From an uncultured Chthonomonas sp. (lineage in GTDB: Bacteria; Armatimonadota; Fimbriimonadia; Fimbriimonadales; Fimbriimonadaceae): a DNA stretch of 47,744 nt. Shown one piece after another: positions 9,910 through 16,532 of the stretch. A program made the position numbers and the translations under genes. The notes under the pieces were generated by a model. It saw only the letters and a list, made by a program, of their open reading frames with translations. It searched no databases and was not told the origin of the DNA. The stretch is from contig CAYRAX010000001.1 of the NCBI GenBank assembly GCA_964422285.1, forward strand, positions 1 through 47,744. Direction: 5' to 3'. Numbering within the stretch: the first letter of the stretch is position 1; each line of letters opens with the position of its first letter.

Positions 9910-11115
9910 CTATCCTGAGGCACAGCTGGACGAAACATTCAGCCGCAGCCGCGATACTGAAGGGGATCCAACGCCGAGTTCGCCTTCCAAAAGAGCGCAC
10001 TCATCGAGCAGTTTGCGGGCGTGGCCGGTTTCACCCATGCGGTCGAACAAACAGGCCTGCACAACTTTCGACGTGTAGTGGGTGACGCCTGCGGTCGCCT
10101 CGCTCCCCACTTTAGCAATGGTTCGCATCGCGCGGCCGAATTTTTGCTCATTGAGGTCGATCATCGCGTCGTATATCTCGATCGTCTCGGTAAAAAGCGG
10201 CAGGGCGTAGCGATCGTGCGAACGTCGCGCTGCATTCAAGCATCGCCGAGCACCGCCGATATCACGCAGCAGCAGCGCAATGCGGCAAAGGCTAACCCCC
10301 TCTTCGAAAACGTCCAAATTAGTGGTTCGGTCCAGCCAAGCTAGATGACGCTGATACCGTTCCAAGGTTTCCGGCCGATCTTTGCAACATTGGGTCGCGA
10401 CGAGGGTCTTTGCGAGCGAGAACATGCGCCTGCGAACTGGCGACTCTTGGTCTGTGCGTCGCGCGAGCAAGTGCCAATTTTCGGCAAGCGAATCAAAATC
10501 CGCCATGAGCAGGAAACCATAAACCAGCGGCCAGGCCTGCTGGGTGCCGTTCTTGCTCATCTCGTCCAGTTGCCAAAAGAGTTGGACCTGGGGGCACGGA
10601 CCTTCCCAATCGAGAATGTTCGCCGGTGGCGGCGGAGTCGGTTCATACAGGGCACCCGACATCAAGACAATCTCATCGGGATGCAGCCCCACCGCAGAAC
10701 CGATGGTGCGCAGGGCGACTTCGTCGGGGACTCTGGCACCGATTTCGTAGCGGTGCAGGCTGGAAATCGAGTAACCGGTTGCGACCTGAACGTCATCCAG
10801 GCTCAGCAGATTTCGCCGGCGACGAGACCGCAATAGGCGCAATAGGGGTCTGGGCTCCGCGCTTTCGATGCTCCAAGATCGGCGGGTCGGAACCGCGCGA
10901 GAAACAATGGCGCTGCGATAGGGCGATTGTGCGTCGATGCTGTATCGGTCCAGAATTTCATCGAGTCCCGAACGTCCGGGCAAGTTCTGGCCCGTCTCCC
11001 AGCGCTTCAGCGTGGATTCAGAAACTCCGAGCACCCGGCTGGCACCACTAACCGACAGACGCACCGATTTGCGCGCCGCCTTGAGTGCTTGCCCCACCTC
11101 ACAGGATGCTGTCAT
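9910..11115 (-). CDS. Transcriptional regulator with two XRE-type HTH domains and a helical (TPR-like) C-terminal half
   Basis: HTH 1 is VGQALKAARKSVRLSVSGASRVLGVSESTLKRWETG. HTH 2 is LLRSRRRRNLLSLDDVQVATGYSISSLHRYEIG. The C-terminal ~220 aa are helical. Confidence 0.7.
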   Translation of the reverse strand: MTASCEVGQALKAARKSVRLSVSGASRVLGVSESTLKRWETGQNLPGRSGLDEILDRYSIDAQSPYRSAIVSRAVPTRRSWSIESAEPRPLLRLLRSRRRRNLLSLDDVQVATGYSISSLHRYEIGARVPDEVALRTIGSAVGLHPDEIVLMSGALYEPTPPPPANILDWEGPCPQVQLFWQLDEMSKNGTQQAWPLVYGFLLMADFDSLAENWHLLARRTDQESPVRRRMFSLAKTLVATQCCKDRPETLERYQRHLAWLDRTTNLDVFEEGVSLCRIALLLRDIGGARRCLNAARRSHDRYALPLFTETIEIYDAMIDLNEQKFGRAMRTIAKVGSEATAGVTHYTSKVVQACLFDRMGETGHARKLLDECALLEGELGVGSPSVSRLRLNVSSSCASG

Positions 11116-11207
11116 CGCTCCTATTATAAGAGCTTTTTGCTGTTCCGCAATGCCTGATCGTTAAATTCAAGTAATTTGAAGGCTGTATGCGGGGCCTTTT
11201 GCAGAGC

Positions 11208-11236
11208 CACGACCCGGTTTTGAGGTCCGGGTCGTG
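11208..11236 (-). terminator. 10-bp perfect hairpin downstream of the VOC gene
   Basis: CACGACCCGG-N9-CCGGGTCGTG sits 11 nt past the stop of 11247..11657. No clear U-tract on the minus strand. Confidence 0.35.
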
Positions 11237-11246
11237 ACAAGCGAGA

Positions 11247-11657
11247 TCAATTAGGCTCGGGCTTGAAGAGCCAGAAGTGGGCGCCCTGGTTATCGCAGAT
11301 GAGCGCGATTCGGCCGACGGTGGGGATATCAAAAGCCGGTACGCGGCACGAGCCACCAGCGGCTTCGGCTTTAGCAACAGACGAATCCACGTCGTCCACA
11401 TTGATGTAGGTGGACCAATGCGGCGGAACCTCCGCCATCTCGCCGACGGTGGCCATGATGCCGCACATCGCGACTTCACCCTTGCAGAACATCGTGTAGG
11501 TTCCCATCGGGCCCATATCCATCGACTTGGTCGTCCAGCCAAGCACGCTTGTGTAAAACTCGATTGCCTTGTTGACATCGGGCACGTTTACTTCGTGCCA
11601 AGTGAAAGTTGAACCAACGGTGAGCAAAAATTCATTGATTTCTTGAGTTTCAGCCAT
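11247..11657 (-). CDS. VOC/glyoxalase-family protein
   Basis: 136-aa product from ATG 11657 (GGAGGACAATTT ATG). VOC-like pattern FTWHEVNVPDVNKAIEFYTSVLGW ... GRIALICDNQGAHFWLF. The longer 225-aa track ORF has no SD. Confidence 0.75.
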   Translation of the reverse strand: MAETQEINEFLLTVGSTFTWHEVNVPDVNKAIEFYTSVLGWTTKSMDMGPMGTYTMFCKGEVAMCGIMATVGEMAEVPPHWSTYINVDDVDSSVAKAEAAGGSCRVPAFDIPTVGRIALICDNQGAHFWLFKPEPN

Positions 11658-11764
11658 AAATTGTCCTCCGCGCGCACGTTGGCGCGCACACTCGCAATTA
11701 TACGGCGCGACAGCTCGCTGGAGATCCACAATTCGCGACAAAAGCAAATTTTGCCTAGGTCTAC

Positions 11765-11793
11765 TTGGAAAAATGAGCAGGCTATGATAGAAT
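11765..11793 (+). promoter_or_regulatory. Sigma70-like promoter for the 11832 gene
   Basis: TTGGAA, an exact 17-nt spacer, then TAGAAT. A 5'UTR hairpin GGAGCA-N6-TGCTCC (11800-11817) and SD GGAGAGG follow. Confidence 0.4.
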
Positions 11794-11831
11794 ATGGGCG
11801 GAGCATGATATTGCTCCTGCGGAGAGGATTT

Positions 11832-12812
11832 ATGAAGAGATTGTTGTTTGTCGCCCTCGCGGCTACCGCTTTTGTGTCGGCTCAAGCTTCGTTTGAGCTT
11901 GCCCTGGTGCTGGATGTCGATCACGCAAATAGCAGAGCGGACATAAAGCGATTCGATGTTAACACTGGTGCGTACTTAGGTAGTTTTGGCGGCGGATATA
12001 TAAACTATACTGCCAACAATTCAGTGCTTACCTTGGATCAGGCAAATAGCGCAGTTTATGTCACGCAATCAAGTGCCGCGGTACTGAAGTTCAATTACAA
12101 CACTGGTGAGTATTTAGGGGAATTTTACCCTGTAAACACAATGATCTTTGGGGTAAGTTTGCAATCGAATACTCTCATCGGAGCGTGGACAGGAAACACG
12201 TCTTTCTTAACGCGTTATTCCACCAGCGGAACTTACGAAGGATCCTATTATGGTGGATTCGGTACAGGGTTGCGAGGTGCAGTTACATACAATGGCATGT
12301 TGTTCGCGCCAGACTCTGTTAACAAGCAACTGCTCAAGTGGAACTATGGCGCCCTGGGTAGCACGGCTACCGTAGCAGGTGCGATGCCTGGTTGGAATAG
12401 CGGTTATGGGTGGGAAGTTGAGGCGATCTCAAATCGCTTGTATTGGTCCGATCAATACAACAATCTCATAAACGCTAATGTCAACGCATCTGGAGTGATT
12501 ACCGGTAATTCTCTGATAAGTTTTGCGGGCCAAGGTATCACGTTCTCCCAAGGTCTGGGCAAAGGGCACGGCGACATGCTTTATTTGGGTGGTACCGATG
12601 CCGGACGAGCAAACGGAAAAGTGTGCCGTTACAATTCGGCAACGGGCCAATTTCGCGGTACCTTTGGTGCGGGATACTTGCATGATCCTTCATCAATTGA
12701 TGTCGTTCTTGCGCCCGAGCCGAGCGTGTGGTTTGGCCTTGCGTTTGGCGTGGGCTTGGTTGCTAAGCGCCGCCGAGCATCGTTCCATGAGCGGTCAAAT
12801 TTAGGAGTTTAG
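11832..12812 (+). CDS. PEP-CTERM-anchored secreted repeat protein (beta-propeller-like)
   Basis: Signal peptide MKRLLFVALAATAFVSAQA. Recurring motif RFDVNTGAYLGSFG / KFNYNTGEYLGEFY / RYSTSGTYEGSYYG / RYNSATGQFRGTFG. C-terminal APEPS, a TM segment and a KRRR sorting signal. Confidence 0.8.
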   Translation: MKRLLFVALAATAFVSAQASFELALVLDVDHANSRADIKRFDVNTGAYLGSFGGGYINYTANNSVLTLDQANSAVYVTQSSAAVLKFNYNTGEYLGEFYPVNTMIFGVSLQSNTLIGAWTGNTSFLTRYSTSGTYEGSYYGGFGTGLRGAVTYNGMLFAPDSVNKQLLKWNYGALGSTATVAGAMPGWNSGYGWEVEAISNRLYWSDQYNNLINANVNASGVITGNSLISFAGQGITFSQGLGKGHGDMLYLGGTDAGRANGKVCRYNSATGQFRGTFGAGYLHDPSSIDVVLAPEPSVWFGLAFGVGLVAKRRRASFHERSNLGV

Positions 12813-12860
12813 AAGTATGCGACGGAAGAAAGCGGCAGACATGACACTTGGCCGCTAACA

Positions 12861-14507
12861 TCAGTCCGAATACCAGTCGACATTGCTCTCAACCATTGAA
12901 CTGGCTAAAGGCGTGGTCGCTGGAAAGGATGTACCACGGTAGTTTGGCGTAGTTCCTCCGTTCGTGTTGTTGTAAAAAGTTGAGTATGCACTACCGCCTC
13001 CTGCTGCAACCTTCGCGCTGCTTGGCGCGACGAACTCCGTGTTTAGCACGTAGCACGTAGCAGGACTTGTCATGCCGCTACCGCCAATTTGAATCATTGC
13101 ACTTGTGCCAGTGCACTCGATCATGCACCCATCGAGCGTTAGTGACGCGTCATTCCAAGGGTTATTTATGATGATGGCGCGGGCGGCTGTATCTAGTTGC
13201 GTGATCGAGCATCCAACAAAGTACATGTCGCGAAAATACATTTGGGTTCCCGAATTTGCGTAAAATCGAATAGCGGCGGCGTTATCCGTTGTTGTGCAGT
13301 GCACGTTGCAGGCTAAGAACGTGTCTCCGACCGGAATACCTAGAGGTGCAGCAGGGTTCGGGTCATCCTGCGTCGTTTCGAAACGGATTCGATTGCAATA
13401 CACACCTTCAAAAGATGAGTCGCGGATGGCGGCAGCAAGGCGCAAGTCCGCGCAATTGATCGCGGAGTAGGTGACAAAGCTTGCTCCCCTGCGCCATTCG
13501 GTGTTCCCAACGGAAACCGGCCAGTCGCAAGCCGAAACGTTACTGACGCTGCCGTTGTAGCTGTCGCCGCCGTGAATGTCCACCGCCCCGTCCGTAGTTC
13601 CATCAGCAAAAAAGCCGTCGACAGTCCAAGCAGAAGTACCACTTTCTATGCTGACCCCATAGCGTGCATTGATCACCTTGGATTGCAGAACCTTGGCATT
13701 GATGCATCTATCCAGGTGGATCGAGTACGAAGAGCCGGTACCAGCACCGGTGACGAGGTCGCGGGCGGTGCAACGCGAGACTTCAACATCACGCGAATAG
13801 TTAATCGAGAATCCGGCGAGCCGCGATTTTTCGCCGGAGCAATCCTGAAGGGTGATGCCAGCGCAAAAGCCAGCGCGTAGCCAAGAGTTATAGCCATTTT
13901 CGGTGCGCCCAACGAATTTGAAACCTTTGATGAGCACGTTCTCAACCACGGAGACGTTGTTCGGGAGTAAGGACAGCCGTGGATCATAGTCGGTATCGGG
14001 TGCCGGGTAGCTTTGCGTGAGAGGTGCTGTGAAGGTGACGTTGCTTCCCGAAACCGATCTTACTTGAACTAATTCCCCGCCAATATCACGCGAAACCGTC
14101 GGGAAACTTGCATTAGTTTCTTTCTTCTTTGTATCTCTCAAGAAGTACCACTGGCCCGGCGTCGGTGCGGTGCCAGAAAAGGCCACGGTTTGATCCCCCG
14201 GCTCCGCGCCGTTGGATAGCGCGGCGGAGCCGGTGTCGTCAAGGTCGAACTCGGATGAGCCCACCTGAAGACTCCAATGTCCCAAGCCTGGACTAGTCCC
14301 TAACGTCAGGTCGCGCACGCTGCCGCCGCGCTGCAACCTCAATTGGGAATTTGGCCCAGGTTGAAATACGATGGGTAAAGGTAGGTTCAGATCATATCGG
14401 CCCGAGATTTTCGTCCGACAGTTCTCTCCGATGCTCCGAGCAATTCGGGACGACAAAACGGACCCGGAACTGCGCTTACGAGCACGAAGTCTGGTGCTAC
14501 GCAACAT
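12861..14507 (-). CDS. Module 1 protein C: right-handed parallel beta-helix protein, no signal peptide
   Basis: Periodic beta-helix rungs (ITLQDCSG, VEVSRCTARD, INAKVLQSKV ...) and the motif DIHGGDSYNG. Paralogue of 37055..38701. Its start overlaps the stop of protein B by 11 nt. Confidence 0.75.
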   Translation of the reverse strand: MLRSTRLRARKRSSGSVLSSRIARSIGENCRTKISGRYDLNLPLPIVFQPGPNSQLRLQRGGSVRDLTLGTSPGLGHWSLQVGSSEFDLDDTGSAALSNGAEPGDQTVAFSGTAPTPGQWYFLRDTKKKETNASFPTVSRDIGGELVQVRSVSGSNVTFTAPLTQSYPAPDTDYDPRLSLLPNNVSVVENVLIKGFKFVGRTENGYNSWLRAGFCAGITLQDCSGEKSRLAGFSINYSRDVEVSRCTARDLVTGAGTGSSYSIHLDRCINAKVLQSKVINARYGVSIESGTSAWTVDGFFADGTTDGAVDIHGGDSYNGSVSNVSACDWPVSVGNTEWRRGASFVTYSAINCADLRLAAAIRDSSFEGVYCNRIRFETTQDDPNPAAPLGIPVGDTFLACNVHCTTTDNAAAIRFYANSGTQMYFRDMYFVGCSITQLDTAARAIIINNPWNDASLTLDGCMIECTGTSAMIQIGGSGMTSPATCYVLNTEFVAPSSAKVAAGGGSAYSTFYNNTNGGTTPNYRGTSFPATTPLASSMVESNVDWYSD

Positions 14508-15285
14508 GTTTGCACCGTCGTAGCCGAATCACTGTCAGCGTACACCAGCCCCCGAGAAGCAATGTTGTGCTTGGCTCCGGCACAACAACACGTCGAACGC
14601 CGTCAACAAATACTCCGGGGGCGCCTTGAGCCAATGGATAAACCCCGGACAAGTCGTCTTGTATCTTGGACATAATGGTCATCGTACGCGCCGACTTTGA
14701 CGTTTCAAGTGGGTTTAGGTGGTGGAGTTGTAACAATAGATTATCGACTCTATAACTAACCAGCTTTGTTGAAAAATCAATGCGAACTTTAATGTTGGTC
14801 CATTGTCCAAGATGCAATGGTACATCGAAATTGGGGAGAGATCCTCCGTACCCAAAAGTCGTTACAACCTGACTTTGGAAGTCAACGATAACACCCAGTG
14901 CCGTGCTAAGAAAGGGGAAGCCAATGCTTACGCGCTGGCCCACAAAGTCTTCTTTCGCCACCAACAAGCTAATGGAGTACTCCACAGCAGGTATCTGCGG
15001 CAAATTGTCGTACGGTGCGTAAATCCCCGCCAAGTCACCGTTTGAAACTGACCGAATTTCCAGCATCTTGTCCCCCTCGTAAGGCACGACGCCGCGCGTA
15101 GTCGAACGAACCATCGGCGCCGGGTGCGGATAGGGCCAAAATGTCGTGTCGATTGTCCAGGGCCCCTTTGGGTACAAATAATCAGCTGAATCCGCCTTGT
15201 AGGATTCAAACCCATCAAAGAATGTCTGCGCGTTGGATGCGATTGCAAATAGGGAAAAGAGCGACAACAATATAAGCTTTTTCAC
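14497..15285 (-). CDS. Module 1 protein B: secreted PEP-CTERM protein, lectin/LamG-like jelly-roll suspected
   Basis: GTG start 8 nt after GAGGAG. Signal peptide MKKLILLSLFSLFAIASNAQ, and C-terminal VPEPSTTLLLGGWCTLTVIRLRR. Paralogue of 38715..39521. Confidence 0.8.
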   Translation of the reverse strand: MKKLILLSLFSLFAIASNAQTFFDGFESYKADSADYLYPKGPWTIDTTFWPYPHPAPMVRSTTRGVVPYEGDKMLEIRSVSNGDLAGIYAPYDNLPQIPAVEYSISLLVAKEDFVGQRVSIGFPFLSTALGVIVDFQSQVVTTFGYGGSLPNFDVPLHLGQWTNIKVRIDFSTKLVSYRVDNLLLQLHHLNPLETSKSARTMTIMSKIQDDLSGVYPLAQGAPGVFVDGVRRVVVPEPSTTLLLGGWCTLTVIRLRRCKHVA

Positions 15286-15297
15286 AGTAATTTCTCC

Positions 15298-16143
15298 TCA
15301 TTGATATCTTTGTAGGGCCCACGTGATGCTCGTGGCTTGAACGGCGTTTGCGCCACTTGGAACGGATAAGACTACAGAGTAGAGGCCCTGATCGAGTTCA
15401 ATGTGAGCGGTGAAGGTATTGCTGCCCGCATCAGTTAACGTGAACACTTCATCAATCGATGAGATTTGGGACGTGTACGTCACTGGCGTGGCATCCAGCG
15501 TCGTCGCCTTGCGATAAGCCTGAACGCGCATATTGCGAACCGAGTTGGTTGCGAACGTTTGCGTCCACTTCACAAATAGCGACGCCATTACCGACGAGGT
15601 GACGTCGATATCGAAGGCGGTCGCTGAACTCCCGACCGAAATGTTTGACACCGACGTCCCGGTCACCGGCGGGTCAGTGTAACCCGGGCCCAGCGACGGT
15701 TGCCATACACCTGAAGGCCCACCCAAGATGACCGGGCCAGGATTTAGCCGTAGGCCACCTTCCTTAGGGTCTTCAGTGGCGATCGGAACTGCGGGGCCGT
15801 TGCCATCAAGGAGCAGTAGCGGTCCGCCTATCAATACACCGCGAAACTCTGCACAGTCTGCCCATGCGTGATACGGAGTGCCGGGACTACCGTAGTGAGC
15901 GACCAAGTCGCCGATTGATTTAGCGGTTGTACTTGGCGCGAGGCTGTAAGTCACGACGTTATTATCGCCTAGCCGCCTTCCGTCCATTGCATAAAACGAT
16001 CCTATCAAACGACGCGGCGCGGCGTCGGTGGCTTTCAGCACAAAACCAAGAGGAGATCGGCGTTCAACGCCGTCGTACTGCTTGAGTACCGGAACGAGCA
16101 CCACTTCGAAGGAATCTGCGGTGGTAGTGTTTTCAATGTACAA
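15298..16143 (-). CDS. Module 1 protein A, long part (281 aa), unknown function
   Basis: The ORF begins at TTG with no SD, in the same frame as the upstream 67-aa ORF across a single TAA. Paralogue of 39532..40461 (AEFRGVLIGGP, NPGPVILGGP, FDIDVT..LFVKW, ELDQGLYSVV). Confidence 0.6.
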   Translation of the reverse strand: MYIENTTTADSFEVVLVPVLKQYDGVERRSPLGFVLKATDAAPRRLIGSFYAMDGRRLGDNNVVTYSLAPSTTAKSIGDLVAHYGSPGTPYHAWADCAEFRGVLIGGPLLLLDGNGPAVPIATEDPKEGGLRLNPGPVILGGPSGVWQPSLGPGYTDPPVTGTSVSNISVGSSATAFDIDVTSSVMASLFVKWTQTFATNSVRNMRVQAYRKATTLDATPVTYTSQISSIDEVFTLTDAGSNTFTAHIELDQGLYSVVLSVPSGANAVQATSITWALQRYQ

Positions 16144-16164
16144 TACGGTGATACCGGCGGGAAC

Positions 16165-16368
16165 TTAAAAATCTACCCCCCCCCCGACATTAAGCGTTGC
16201 CAACAATGCGCCAGAAGCGTCGGTCGAATAGATTTTGGCCTGCACTATGCCGAAGTTAATGCCCCGGTAGCTTGACCCCGGTCGAACAGCGACTTTGGTC
16301 GACTCGTTGGCTTGTACTAAGACTCCGTTACTGACAGGCCCTTGTTCAAACACTGTTGGAAATGGCAT
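16165..16368 (-). CDS. Module 1 protein A, SD-bearing N-terminal ORF (67 aa) ending just after the poly-G tract
   Basis: GGGAGG lies 10 nt before ATG 16368. Codons 61-63 are GGG GGG GGG inside the G10 run, and TAA follows four codons later. Confidence 0.5.
   Translation of the reverse strand: MPFPTVFEQGPVSNGVLVQANESTKVAVRPGSSYRGINFGIVQAKIYSTDASGALLATLNVGGGVDF
16176..16185 (-). repeat. Homopolymer: 10 C on plus strand = G10 in the minus-strand coding frame
   Basis: Counted directly: atcta-CCCCCCCCCC-gacat. Confidence 0.95.
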
Positions 16369-16405
16369 GTTGTCCTAACCTCCCTGAGGAATCGTCCTCG
16401 TTTTC

Positions 16406-16434
16406 ATTCTATAACACATTTTGAATTCATGCAA
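16406..16434 (-). promoter_or_regulatory. Sigma70-like promoter of module 1
   Basis: Minus strand reads TTGCAT, an exact 17-nt spacer, then TAGAAT. A 5'UTR hairpin GAGGA-N4-TCCTC and SD GGGAGG follow. Confidence 0.45.
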
Positions 16435-16532
16435 GTGTGCTTTGCGTGCGGGTGTACGATCAAGCAAAATTGCTGGTGGATCGAAATAGCCCAGCGGGAC
16501 GCACCAACCCAGCAAGGCGCAATAATGACACT

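Noticed and set aside
12813-12860. Possible bidirectional terminator between the convergent PEP-CTERM gene and module 1 protein C
   Set aside because: There is only a 5-bp stem (GCGGC/GCCGC) with a 15-nt loop and no U-tract, which is too weak to call.
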